A stretch of 64,000 nt of DNA from Octopus sinensis (lineage: Eukaryota), in the NCBI RefSeq assembly GCF_006345805.1, contig NC_043002.1:110918001-110982000 (forward strand), given 5' to 3'. Shown one piece after another: positions 39,263 to 51,849 of the stretch. The notes below the pieces were generated by a model. It was not told the DNA's origin. It worked only from the letters and a program-made list of their open reading frames with translations, and ran no database searches. The first letter of the stretch is position 1; each line of letters opens with the position of its first letter. Made by a program: the position numbers and the translations under genes.

Positions 39263-39689
39263 CTATTGAGAAGGCAACAGAAATAGTGTGATGAGAAATT
39301 TCTAGGGGAAAATAAAGAATCAGTAAACAGTGTGTTTATAGGCTTAGTTATATGACTCATCTGAAATACTATAATACTTGTTTTAACACATTTTCAGATC
39401 AAAATAAAATCGAAAACAAACAAGTGTGTGTGTGTGTGTGTGTGTAAAATTGAAGAAATTGGAGTTAGGAAGAACAAGTATGGTTGGACATTATTTATCA
39501 TTCACAACAATTGTTTTGATGCAATGTATTTTTCCTAGAATACAGGTATTTGATTATGCAACTGTTTGTTTGCATAATGAGATCTAGTTGTGCTTCCTCA
39601 GGTGATATATGAGTGTTGTCTCCTTTAAAACAGATATATGCATACATTAATGTATGTACACCCATAGTCTCCCATTCACATACATACAT

Positions 39690-40220
39690 TCGGGACAAAA
39701 ATTGCTCCAACATACGCCAATTTAGTCATAGCATACATGGAGGTCCAGATATATGAACAATCTAAATTACTATATGGCTTGGACTTCCACAAATATCTAC
39801 TAGAAAACTGGAAACAATGCTTAGATGACTGCCTAATCCTATGGACATACATATTTCAACAACTTATAGATTTCAAAAATCTAATCAACAGCATAAACAA
39901 TAATATTTGCTTTATTATGGAATACAATAAAACTCAACTACCATTCCTGGATATACTAATCATCAAAATAGATAAAATCATTGAAAGAGATATTCACAAC
40001 AAACAGATTCTAAACAATACTTACTATTCTCCTCATGCCATCCCAAATGCACAAAGAATAATATCTCCTTCAATCTAGCAAGAAGAATCTTCACAATTAT
40101 CTCAAACCCTGAAACTCACAATTAAAGACTCCAGGAACTAAAACAAGAACTATTTAAAAGACAATATCCATTAATGCTAATAGACAATGGAATAGAATGT
40201 GCCAAAGCAATAAATATCGA
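39690..40220 (+). pseudogene. Penelope-like element reverse transcriptase fragment
   Basis: GTKIAPTYANLVIAYME, WKQCLDDCLILW, FIMEYNKTQLPFLDILI and PFNLARRI; frameshifted. Confidence 0.88.
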
Positions 40221-40259
40221 ATGTGCATTGTTTGTTTTTGATTTTGTAGACTACACAGT

Positions 40260-41068
40260 ATAGTAGGGTCAGTTGGGCACTGTCTGTGAGAAAAACAACA
40301 CCATGACGCAGCTTACTCTGCCAAAAATTTGGAAACAACATACTGTACTGCTTGGCATTTGTGCCTGAAGCTCCAATACAAACATTTCAGAATGTTTGGA
40401 TATCAATCTGAGGACAGTGTAATCTGAGGACATGTACTGAGTCTGATAAAAATCAAACATCCAGTCAACATCATGGTGTTTTGAGTGATCACTAGTGATG
40501 GTAATGTTATGCCTCCATTCATCTTCCCACATGGCTTCAGACTCAACATAGAGGCCTTCATCAAATGCCTGGAGGAAGTAGTGCTGCCCTGGTCAAGAGG
40601 GTTGCTGGAACACCCTCTGTCTGGCAACAGGATGCTGCACCAAGCTACACAAGCAGAAGAACCCAGTCATGGGTGTCAGACAATTTCTGAAACTACATCA
40701 CCCCTAGCATCTGGCCCACCCCTAGCATCTGGCCCACATATAGCATCTGGCCACCTAACTCCTCAGACTGCAACCCCCTTGATTATCATGTGTGGGATTT
40801 AGTTGAGTGAGAGATGAACTAAACTCTTTCTAACACCAAAGATGAACAGAAGGCAAGGATTATGGCACCATCCAAAAGAGTTGCAGGAGATTCCAAAATT
40901 GTCTTGAGGCTGAGGTTGAAGCAAATGGCGATTTTTATTGAATAAATTTACTCTCAAGTATTTTATGATATTTTTATGTAGTTTTGATAAATATATCTGT
41001 TAAAATGAGATGTCAGTGTTATTTTCATTTTTTCATGATTTAGACAACACTTTATTCACAGCCCCCTG
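40260..41068 (+). mobile_element. maT/DD37D-type transposon remnant
   Basis: HPVNIMVF.VITSDG, WQQDAAPSYTS and IWPPNSSDCNPLDYHVWD. Collapsing the internal triplication gives 37 residues between the 2nd and 3rd catalytic D. Confidence 0.8.
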
Positions 41069-41734
41069 TGTGTGTGTGTGTGTATGTGTGTGTGTGTATG
41101 TATACACCCACATTCTTGCACACACACACATTTTTATTTCTTAATTGTCTTCCACTTTTGAAAAGTTGCATCATAAACATTTTTATGATGTTTGAATTAA
41201 GAATTTGAAGGTCATAATATCAAGTAATATTTATTGTTTTGCTTCTAAGGTTATATTTTCTGATATTACATTTATACCACATTTTTCCCAAAAGTATGAT
41301 CAGGAATTCCAAGGTTATTGAAATACGGTAGGTGTTTACAATATATTCCAATATTTGTTTTTAATTTACATTCATTTATTTATTTTACTTCTCAAGTCCA
41401 TATTTTCTTAAATTACATTTATGTTATATTCACCCAAAGAATGATCAGGAATTCCAAGGCCACAAAATTATATGCCAGCAAAGTGTAGTTGAAATTCTAT
41501 CAACAATTGCCACATCATATATCTTATTACTACTCAGAAATTTAAATGGTAACTAAGTATACCAACAAAGGATAAGGAATGGTTTTCAAACCTTGTTTCG
41601 TTTATTTTGTTTTGTTTTCATTTTTTTAGTTCTCATTTTTCTTTTATTTCTATGTTACAACTATTTTTTTAACCACACCTAATGCAAAAAGTATGCAGTG
41701 CTCAGTCATCAACATTAGCTATAGATATAGATAT

Positions 41735-42042
41735 CACGTGATCGATCACGTGACCGACCAGACCATCAGATGTTGTTATACATCGCTGGTCACAATGCGT
41801 TCGTATTGTTTTAGCCTTCGAATGACGCCACCCCGCTCGCTAAGTGAGCAGGCCAACAGAAGAAAGAGTGAGAGAAAGTTGTGGCGATAGAGTACAGCAG
41901 GGATCACCACCCCCTGCCAGAGCCTCGTGGAGCTTTTAGGTGTTTTCGCTCAATAAACACACACAACGCCTGGTCTGGGAATCGAAACCGCGATCCTGCG
42001 ACCGCGAGTCCACTGCCCTAACCACTAGGCCATTGCGCCTCC
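41735..42042 (-). mobile_element. SINE C head with tail T2
   Basis: TSD AGATATAGATAT at 41723-41734 and 42043-42054. Confidence 0.92.
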
Positions 42043-42329
42043 AGATATAGATATGGTAGCAGAAAATACTTATGTGGTCTAGCATTTGTAATGACTTTTA
42101 GAATTTTAGTTGAGTTGTGTTCAAGACAAAAGAGAATGTGAAATATAAGATTGATATGAGCAATGTTTGTTTCATTGTGTTGTTGAAGAAGACACAAGAT
42201 TGCTATGTCTGGAGAATGTTTTTGAAGTGTCTGTTCAAGGAAGCAGTGCACATTTGAAGTGAAGTACCTAAGTTCCACGTGGGTGGTACGTGGGGGAAGG
42301 TTAAAGAAGAGTGAAAAATTGGATTGTCT

Positions 42330-42600
42330 GCACAGAAATAACCATTGTTGGAAGAGTCAGTATTGTTAGTTGGTCATTAATGAAGAAGACAGTGTAGACC
42401 AAAGTGAATCCCATCTATGTATATTGTGATGGTATTATTTGATGTTAAGCTTCCATTCCAAAAATGTGAGGGACAGATGAGGCCTTACAAGCTGCTTAGC
42501 CAGGAGATTGTCATGCCAGACACAAGGACTTTCTTTATGTCAAGAATGGCATTGCAGTCATCAAACTTTTCAGGAGTAAGTGAGTAGGTCACCTCATATG
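42330..42600 (-). pseudogene. Highly decayed CR1/Jockey-type RT fragment
   Basis: Frameshifted ILDIKK..VWHDNLLAK and a ..FINDQL-like segment. Confidence 0.5.
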
Positions 42601-42880
42601 TGATGAGGAAAAAACATTAATGAATTCTTTCATTCTTTCATTTGTTTTAGTCATTGAATTTTGACCATGCTCGGGCACCACCTCAGATGGTTTAGTCAAT
42701 TAAATCAACCCCAGTCCTCAAGCAGTGGGAGACAAACAAAAATACACAAATACACACACACACACACAACACACACACACACACACACACATACACATAC
42801 ACACAAACCAGGATTGGTGAGTCAGTGAAAGATATTCTCAAAGCATAATGCATGTATATATATATATATATATATATATA

Positions 42881-43773
42881 TCAAAATAAGCAATAAGGAT
42901 ATCCAGAGGTAATGCAGTACGATCGTTTCAAGCAACTCCATTTAATTGAACAATGCAATCATTACATCAATTTAAATGCAGAGCAATCCTAAGTTAATAT
43001 TTACGTATATAATATGTATAAAATATTAAACTGATCCTATGTAATTTCTTTTCCTCCCTCTATTGTATTAAAATTTGGTATGTACTCAAAAGTATTCAAA
43101 AAAATGTTATCCTTTTGTTATAATATTCTTCTTAATAATCTTCTGAATAACCCTAAATTTTAACTTTATACAATATGGCAATATTGTTTAAAATATATTT
43201 AACTATAGTACCCCATGATAAAATTTTCCCTTATCATTATCAATGGTCTACTATTGACTTTCCCCTTTAATTGCAGGCTGACATCTTGATTTAAGATTTC
43301 CTTTACCAAATCTCATTGTATTGCTTCAACTTAATCTTGATAGTTTTATGACTATACCCACTATGATTTCTGTCAACTCCCTCAGCTCCCTTCCTAACAG
43401 ACACTGCTCCTTGTTCTTTGGCCTTAGATTTTGATATACAAAGGTTTGATCAACTAGACTATAAATTAAAACTGACCCCAAAAAACAGTGACAAGTTAGA
43501 TCTCTAACAAGTCTTTCTTCCTGATACCTTAGTAGCTTCTAAGCTGAAGTGAAGACAGCATGTTCTTTGTCTATCTGCTCACCTTCTTGGAGGTTTTAGG
43601 TAAAATTATACTAATGTGTCCATCTGTTTTAATCTAATTTAATTCTATGTATTTATGCAGCTGAGGATTGCTCTGCATTTAAATTGATGTAATGATTGCA
43701 TTGTTCAATTAAACAGAGTTGCTTGAAACGATCGTACTGCATTACCCCTGGATATCCTTGTTGCTTAATTTGA
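42881..43773. mobile_element. Element bounded by ~112-bp outward-facing inverted repeats containing a hammerhead motif
   Basis: 42881-42993 is the near-identical reverse complement of 43661-43773. The left end abuts (TA)n. Confidence 0.8.
43655..43742 (+). ncRNA. Type I hammerhead motif with a long stem II
   Basis: ATGCAG-CTGAGGA-[57 nt, foldable]-GAAAC-GATC-GTA-CTGCAT. 6-bp stem I and palindromic stem III ACGATCGT; weak pairing at the base of stem II. Confidence 0.7.
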
Positions 43774-43784
43774 TTTTAATCACC

Positions 43785-43996
43785 TTCCGTTGCCAGCTCC
43801 GTCTGGCACCTGTGTGGGTGGCACGTAAAAAGCACCCACTACACTCGCGGAGTGGTTGGCGTTAGGAAGGGCCATAGAAACACTGCCAGATCAGACTGGG
43901 CCTGGTGCAGCCTTCTGGCTTCCCAGGCCCCAGCTGAACCGTCCAACCCATGCTAGCATGGAAAGCGGACGCTAAATGATGATGATGATGATGATG
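43785..43996 (+). mobile_element. Repeat B, 1 unit
   Basis: Motif and (GAT)n tail. Confidence 0.9.
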
Positions 43997-44500
43997 AATA
44001 CTGTAGTAAATTCTGGTGCTTTAACTTATTGACAATCTTTAATGGTAAATCACAACATATGTTTCTGCACTCCACACCAGCATCAAGTTGCAATTTTCAT
44101 ATTCACTTGACATTATTTAAGATTACACTTAATAATTATTTGAATATTTGGGTATCATTTTTATTGTTATTGTGGTTGCAATTATTATGCTGAGTTTTTG
44201 TTTTTGTTTCTGTTTCATTATTCGTAAGTAACTCCCACCAATGGGATGAAATCTTTTGATTGATGGAGAGTATTGTACATCCTTTAATTGATGAAGTCTG
44301 CAAAAATTTTTGGAAGTCTTTCTCAGACTCTACTCAATGAAGAGTAACTGTTGTTAAAAATTTTATCTACCATAGAAATCTATGGATAATTTAGCAGAAT
44401 GCTAATGCATATAGGGAGAATTCATAAAAAAAAAAGATGAAGACAGGTGGTGTGGGCAACAAACTGATGTAATAGTTTAACACTTGGGAAGTGAAAAAAG

Positions 44501-44538
44501 TCTTTAACATTTCGAGCCAATGCTCTTCCACAGAAAGA
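44501..44538 (-). ncRNA. Degenerate minimal hammerhead in a PLE-type repeat
   Basis: TCTTT-CTGTGGA-A-GAGC ATTG GCTC-GAAAT-GTT-AAAGA. Same layout as 47936-47970, with two core deviations. Confidence 0.5.
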
Positions 44539-44610
44539 AACAGGGAGAGAAAATAAAGAATGTGTAGTACACGTGAATATATATTATGCATGCATATATG
44601 TTTATACATG

Positions 44611-44681
<71 letters not shown>

Positions 44682-44725
44682 GCAAATATGTATGTATATA
44701 TAGATATATATAATATATATATATG

Positions 44726-46190
44726 CAAGTTCACCAAAGGTTGGTGCTCAAACCCCTCTTGTTCATCATAGTCCTCCAGGCAATAAAAGAGGAATTCAAA
44801 TCAAGCTGTCCCTGGGAGCTCGTCTATGCTGATGACCTTGCTCTTATAGATGAATCACTGCCTGAACTAGTGAAGAAGCTCCAAGTATGGAAGCTAGGTC
44901 TAGAATGAAAGGGCCTTACAGTTAACCTAGCAAAAAACGAAGAATTAGTAAGTAGGAAGGCAGATAAATCACAAATCCGTTCAGGTAGATGGCCCTGCTC
45001 GATCTGTAGAAGAGGTGTAGGTAGAAACTCCATAAGATGCACCCAGTGTAAGCTTTGGACACATAAAAGGTGCAGCAATATCAGAAGGTTAACTGAGAAA
45101 CTAGATTTTGTATGTGAAGGTGCATAGGTACAATAAACGCTAAAAATGTGCAGAAAATAAACTCCATCAACTGACAGGGGTGTAAGCTAGAGATGGTAGA
45201 TAGCTTCTGTTATCAAGGTGACCGAATTAGTTGTGGAGGTGGATGCTCCAAGAGCATAGCTGTCAGAATAAGATTAGGCTGGGCAAAGTTCAGAGAGCTC
45301 CTACCCCTGCTGGTAACAAAGGGGCTCTCTCTCAGAGTGAAAGGCAGATTGTTTGATGCCTGTGTGCGAACAGCTATGCTGCATGGCAGTGAAACATGGG
45401 CTATGACAGCCAAGGACATGCATAGGCTTGAGAGAAATGAAGCCAGTATGTTTCGCTAGATGTGCAATGTCAGTGTGCATGTTCAAAAGAGTGTAAGCAT
45501 CTTGAGAGAAAAGTTAGGCATAAGAGGAATCAGATGTGATGTGCAAGAGAGATTATTGCACTGGTATGGTCATGTGATGCATATGGATGAGGACAGCTGT
45601 GTAAAGAAGTTCCAATCTCTAACTGTGGAGGGAACCTGTGGTAAAGGTAGACCCAGGAAAACATAGGATGAGGTGGTGAAGCATGATCTTCAAACTTTGA
45701 GCCTCACAAAGGCAATGACTAGTGACTGAGACCTTTGGCAATGTGCTGTGCTGGAGAGGACCCGTCGAGCCAAGTGAAATCATAGTTGTGGTAACTAGCA
45801 CCCGTGCCAATGGCACATAAAGAACACCTTTCAAATGCTGGGCCTCACAGAGGCAAAGTGGCCGAGTTCCTTTCAAGATTTGGTGCTCATGGAGGCAAAG
45901 TGGCTGAGTTCCTTTCAAGTGTTGTCCTCATGTTGTGCTTGAGAAGAAGACCCATCAAGCTGAGCAAAATCAGTCATGGTAGATACCAGTGTCATGCAAA
46001 TGGCACCTGTACCGGTGGCACATAAAAGCACCCATTACACTATCAGAGTGGTTGGCATTAGGAAGGGCATCCAGCCATAGAAAATCATGCCAAATCAGAC
46101 TAGAGTCTGGTGCAGCCTCTAACATGCCAGCCTGTCCAACCCATACCACCATGGACAATGGCCATTAAATGATGATAATGATGATGATGA
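44726..46190 (+). pseudogene. 5'-truncated RTE-clade LINE (RT through C-terminus, plus 3' UTR = repeat B), inserted in (TA)n
   Basis: [55 protein letters not shown] and GKGRPRKT. The UTR carries GGTGGCACATAAAAGCACCC, GGAAGGGCATCC and a (GAT)n tail. Several stops. Confidence 0.93.
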
Positions 46191-46214
46191 TCTATATATA
46201 TATATATATATACA

Positions 46215-46991
46215 CTTGTAAACCAAAATTATACCGGTAGGTAGTATTGCATTAAATAATAAGTTAAAAAGATATAAACACACAATCCAAAACAGGACAC
46301 AGGCGCAGAAGGTCGCCAACTCCTCATCAGCTATCAACCAGAAGGTCAAGCACAATTTTATGTCTTGATAATACTGCATCCCCTTCTGGTGGTGCTGATG
46401 ATGGAATTTTGTTGTCAGCATCACCAGAAGGGAATGCAATGTTATCATTAAGGCACAAAATTGCGTTTGACCTCTGGCTGATAGCTGATGAGAAGTTCAT
46501 GACTTTCTGTGTCTGTTTCCTGTTTGTGCTTTTATTATATTTTTAACTTATTGTTTAATGTAATTCTATATACTGGTATGTGGAGGCGCAATGGCCCAGT
46601 GGTTAGGGCAGCGGACTCGCAGTCGTAGGATTGCGGTTTCGATTCCCAGACCGGGCGTTGTGAGTGTTTATTGAGCGAAAACACCTAAAGCTCCACAAGG
46701 CTCCGGCAGGGGATGGTGGTGATCCCTGCTGTACTCTTTCACCACAACTTTCTCTCACTCTTACTTTCTGTTTCTGTTGTACCTGTATTTCAAGGGGCCG
46801 GCCTTGTCACTCTCTGTGTCACGCTGAATATCCCCGAGAACTACGTTAAGGGTACACGTGTCTGTGGAGTGCTCAGCCACTTACACATTAATTTCACGAG
46901 CAGGCTGTTCCGTTGATCGGATCAGCCGGAACCCTCATCGTCGTAACCGACGGAGTGCTTCCCATATACTGGTATAATTTTTGTTTGCAAG
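46215..46991. repeat. Head-to-head imperfect inverted repeat (about 185-bp arms, 16-bp spacer); third copy at about 47515-47650
   Basis: 46215-46398 aligns to the reverse complement of 46415-46579 plus 46976-46991. Confidence 0.8.
46580..46963 (+). mobile_element. SINE C with tail T1
   Basis: TSD ATATACTGGTAT at 46568-46579 and 46964-46975. Confidence 0.95.
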
Positions 46992-47680
46992 AATTCCATA
47001 TTTCCATACGACATCAGTTCCTTCCCTTCTCTCCCTCTTTCTCCCTTTCACTCTCTCATTCTTTTCCTCTTCTCTCTTTCTCCCTCTCTCTCTCTCTCTC
47101 TGTTTCCCCTTCCTTCTGTGCTGCTATCTGTCGCATTCTTTTGCCTTCCCTCTCTGCTCTCTACCACTTTTCCCCCTCCTACTACTGAAATGTGACCTAT
47201 GGTCATCATCTTATCTTCTTTCTTTCCATGCACACTACTGGAGCAAGTGGTTGCATTTTCTCTCATCTCCCCCTCTATTCACTTTTTATTGTCTCTCTCT
47301 TAATCCTCTCCTGGTGCTGTGACTATCTCTGCTTTCTCAATGCAAAATATCATCCTCTTCGTTTTTATATCTCTCCCTCATCCATTCACTAATTGTCTCA
47401 TCTTGACTTATATTTATTCCACATTTGCATGTTAACTTTCTGTATTGCATAGTTGTTTATTTCTTGTCCATTTTCAGTCTCGTATTTTGGCTTGCCAATT
47501 CTCAGTAGCATTTTGCAGTCAGCATCACCAGAAGGGGATCCAATATTATAGTTAAGGTGCTAAATTAGGGAATTTGTCCCTCTAGCCAATAATTGATGGT
47601 GGCCTTCTGGGTCTGTTTCCTGTTTGTTTGCACATTCATTATATGTTTTTAATATATATACACATATATATATATATATA

Positions 47681-47799
47681 GGCCTGCTCACTTAGCCAGC
47701 GGGGTGGCGTCATTTGAATGCTAAAACAATGCGAAGCACATTGTGACCAGTGATGTGTAGCAACATCTGATAGCCTGGTCGGTCACGGGATCATGTGAT
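47681..47799 (+). mobile_element. Isolated T2 tail (5'-truncated SINE or LINE end) within (TA)n
   Basis: Matches the 3' part of 23990-24280. Confidence 0.8.
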
Positions 47800-47831
47800 A
47801 TGTATGTATATATATATATATATATATATAT

Positions 47832-48850
47832 AAAGTTAATCCAAACATGAAAACACAAAAAGAAAACACAACAACGCGAGGACGTGGAACAAATATAGTA
47901 TTACTGGACGCTCAGGAAGGAAGGGAAGAAGGAGGGTTTTACGTTTCGAGCGGAGCTCTTCGTCAGAAACATAGGAAAAGGAAAGATCTAGAGAAGGGAA
48001 GACGTGTGTGTGCCTATGAGTTTATGTGCTTTGAAATATGTCAATGTCTACACTGTAATTTCGATATTTTGCATTGAGAAACAAAGTCAGGTTTCTTTTA
48101 ATTTCATGTGTTTGCATGAAAATCATTAGTACAATACTTACAAATTAGAAAAATAAAATCCAATGTCATAGAGATGAGCATCATGCTATAAATAGTAATA
48201 GTGTATTTTTTCTTTCTTTAAGGTGTCTTTCAATCTGATGTTTTGCATAAACAAGTAACAGTTTAGAAAAATATGTAAAGCTATAATATCCTAATGCTAT
48301 ATATATATATAATTGAATATTTATAGAGATAAGTTTCATGTTTCCGATATTAGAGCTACATTTAGAATAAAAAATGCAAATTCCCTGCTTTTCTTTCAAG
48401 CATTCAATTTTGGAAATAATTTTTTGATGAAGAGTAGCGCCATTGCTTTACAGTATTGCGGATATTCCCGTGAACATTTGTAAAAGGGAAAGATCTTGAA
48501 TTTTCCATCACTGCTTATTTCCAGATGCTTGCTTAACGGAATCTTACATAGTTCCTCTTGCTGGATATGCTGCCTGTGTATTCTTGCACGGTGGCAGAGG
48601 GAATTATTTGTTTCACCAATGTAGTTTTCTTTGCAGTTGAGGCAGGTCATGCAGTATATGAGGTTCTGCATTTTGAAGTTCATATCTGCATTTATTTTGA
48701 ATGAGAATCTGCTCTTGGATTTGACATAGGAACCACTTTCCTTTCTAAATCTTTAAAGTTGTTGTTGTTGCATATTTCACATCTGTCTCCACATTCTTTT
48801 ACTAGGAATTCTGATTCAATCTCTGAAGTGGATTCTACATTATGCTTATG
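47832..48850 (-). mobile_element. Penelope-like element 3' part: GIY-YIG endonuclease and pLTR
   Basis: KECGDRCEIC linker, then NLIYCMTCLNCKENYIGET..HRQH..SKHL (48396-48683). The downstream non-coding part holds a hammerhead and ends in (TA)n. Confidence 0.88.
47936..47970 (-). ncRNA. Minimal type I hammerhead ribozyme
   Basis: GTTT-CTGACGA-A-GAGC TCC GCTC-GAAAC-GTA-AAAC. Intact core; no stem III loop, palindromic ACGT. Confidence 0.8.
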
Positions 48851-49258
48851 CCAAGGGAGGTAATAATTTGAGAGGAGAAATATATATATATAGAGAGAGA
48901 GAGAAAGGGGGAGGATGAGCAACAAAGAAAGAAACAAAACAGAAATAGGGAATCGGTTAGAAAATAGAAAGGGAAAACACAAAATAGAGAGAGAGGTCTG
49001 TATTATTAGACAGAGTGTGGGCAAGGGAGAAGGTCTATATTATTCTGCATTAGTAATGAAACAATGTCATGAAGACTATAAATTTATGGTTTAAGAGAAA
49101 TATTGATTGATAGTTAAATTAAAGTGAAATAAACTTGGTTAACAAATAGCTGTGAATGTCACACTTTTACATGTTGCAGACAGAAACTTGTGGCCATGGT
49201 GGAGCACCACTATTATTCCTTTTTTTTTTATTATGTTTAAATGCTTATTGGTATCATG

Positions 49259-49592
49259 TGAGGGCACGTGGCTTAGTGGTTAGGGCATTCGGCTCATGAT
49301 CGTAAGGTTGTGAGTTCGATTCCCGGTGACGCGCTGTGTCCTTGAGCAAGACACTTTATTTCACATTGCTCCAGTCCACTCAGCTGGTAAAAATGAGTTG
49401 TACCTGTATTTCAAAGGGCCGGCCTTGTCACACTCTGTGTCACGCTGAATCTCGTTGCGAACTACATTAAGGGTACACGTTTCTGTGGAATGCTCAGCCA
49501 TTTGCACGGTAATTTCACGAGCAAGCTGTTCCGTTGATCTTATCAGCTGGGACTCTCGTCGTCGTAACCGACGGAGCGCTCCTTTCCTTTTC
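49259..49592 (+). mobile_element. SINE E head with tail T1
   Basis: TSD TATTGGTATCATG at 49246-49258 and 49593-49605. Confidence 0.9.
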
Positions 49593-49835
49593 TATTGGTA
49601 TCATGAAAGTAAACAGATGTATACATTGATACATTGACAGAAGGGAAAGTAGATATGATAGTTGCTTAGACAGGCAGACAGGAAGGCAGGTGAGTCTACA
49701 AATATATGCAATTAAAGAGATATACAAATAGATAGATCACTGAAGTGAAGTGAAATGATAAGAAATGGAAAAGTAATCTCAATTGGCAAATAGCTTGGAC
49801 TGAGCCTTGTTGATGGCTGGACGAGTGAAACGTGT

Positions 49836-50054
49836 TTACTCTTTTACTCTTTTACTCTTTTACTTGTTTCAGTCATTTGACTGCGGCCATGCTGGAGCAC
49901 CGCCTTTAGTCGAGCAAATCGACCCCGGGACTTATGCTTTGTAAGCCTAGTACTTATTCATCGGTCTCTTTTGCCGAACCGCTAAGTGACGGGGACGTAA
50001 ACACACCAGCATCAGTTGTCAAGCAATGCTAAGGAGACAAACACAGACACACAA

Positions 50055-50114
<60 letters not shown>

Positions 50115-50268
50115 GACAGGCTTCTTTCAGTTTCCGTCTACCAAATCCACTCACAAGGCATTGGTCAGCCTGGGGCTATAGCAGAAGACACTTGCCCAAG
50201 ATGCCACGCAGTGGGACTGAACCCGGAACCATGTGGTTCGTTAGCAAGCTACTTACCACACAGCCACT
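49836..50268 (-). mobile_element. SINE family A
   Basis: Full consensus match. Confidence 0.9.
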
Positions 50269-50882
50269 ACTTTTTTACTAATTTTTTTTTTAATTCCCTC
50301 GCTTATTGCATGTGCTTCAGTGCAATTAATTACCCTCTGCTCAAGTGAAACATTTGTTTATAAAACACTGACAACGATAGATGACATTATCTAACAAGAG
50401 AAAGAATGGAAAGGATTATTTTTTAAAAAAGAGAAATAGTTACAAGTAAACATGTACTACATGTAGGATGTGTAGTACATGTAATGTTTTGCATGTAGCT
50501 AATCTTCTCCTGCATGAGGGAGTTAAATTTTATGTATTCATCAAATAACATTAAAGTGACAAACTGCTTAATTTTCTCTTATTTATGCATGTTTTCTGTA
50601 AAAAAAACACATTCTATGGAAATTTATACTGCAGGAAACTATTTTCCCCTGAATTAATCAAAATATTGATATGCATTTTCTGTATATGAATAGTGATGAA
50701 ACTTGTAATTCGAATTTATGGAAAAGAAGTTGTTATATTCGAATTGGAAAGATAAAGACACACTTAACTCTACTGGTGCACTGGTTGAAATACATTATAT
50801 TTTATTAAATTAGCTTAACCTAGCAAGAGCTGAAAGGGAAAGTGACAATAGCAAGAGAAAGGATGAGGTTCTGTAGACAACA

Positions 50883-51061
50883 GGTGCAGGAGTGGCTGTG
50901 TGGTAAGTAGCTTGCTAACCAGCCACATGGTTCCGGGTTCAGTCCCACTGCGTGGCATCTTGGGCAAGTGTCTTCTGCTATAGCCCCGGGCCGACCAAAA
51001 CCTTGTGAGTGGATTTGGTAGACGGAAACTGAAAGAAGCCTGTCGTATATATGTATATATA

Positions 51062-51092
<31 letters not shown>

Positions 51093-51304
51093 TTGTGTGT
51101 CTGTGTTTGTCACCCTAGCATTGCTTGACAACCGATGCTGGTGTGTTTACGTCCCCGTCACTTAGCGGTTTGGCAAAAGAGACTGATAGAATAAGCACTG
51201 AGCTTACAAAGAATAAGTCCCGGGGTCGATTTGCTCGACTAAAGGCAGTGCTCCAGCATGGCCGCAGTCAAAATGACTGAAACAAGTAAAAGAGTAAAAG
51301 AGTA
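50883..51304 (+). mobile_element. SINE family A
   Basis: Full consensus match. Confidence 0.9.
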
Positions 51305-51455
51305 ACAGCTGGGAGAAGAAGAGAGAGAAGCAGGTGCTGTGAGAAAGCTAGGGGAGCTGCAATGCCATGAGAGAAGTGAGCAGTGCACTGAGAGAAAGAT
51401 AGAGGGAGACAGCAGGTTAGAGAGGCAACCATGACTGAGGAGGAGCAAGCTCATT

Positions 51456-51849
51456 GTGGAATGGAAGCACTCCGTCGGTTACGACGATGAGGGTTCCGGT
51501 TGATCCGAATCAACGGAACAGCCTGCTCGTGAAATTAACGTGTAAGTGGCTGAGCACTCCACAGACACGTGCACCCTTAACGTAGTTCTCGGGGATATTC
51601 AGCGTGACACAGAGAGTGACAAGGCCGGCCCCTTGAAATACAGGTACAACAGAAACAGGAAGTAAGAGTGAGAGAAAGTTGTGGTGAAAGAGTACAGCAG
51701 GGGTCACCACCATCCCCTGCCGGAGCCTTGTGGAGCTTTTTAGGTGTTTTCGCTCAATAAACACTCACAACACCTGGTCTGGGAATCGAAACCGCGATCC
51801 TATGACCGCGAGTCTGCTGCCCTAACCACTGGGCCATTGCGACTCCACA
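51456..51849 (-). mobile_element. SINE C with tail T1
   Basis: TSD AGCAAGCTCATT at 51444-51455 and 51850-51861. Confidence 0.95.

Noticed and set aside
50450-50483. 12-bp-stem hairpins (ACATGTACTACA; also 54759-54795)
   Set aside because: Short and low-complexity; expected by chance in AT-rich DNA.
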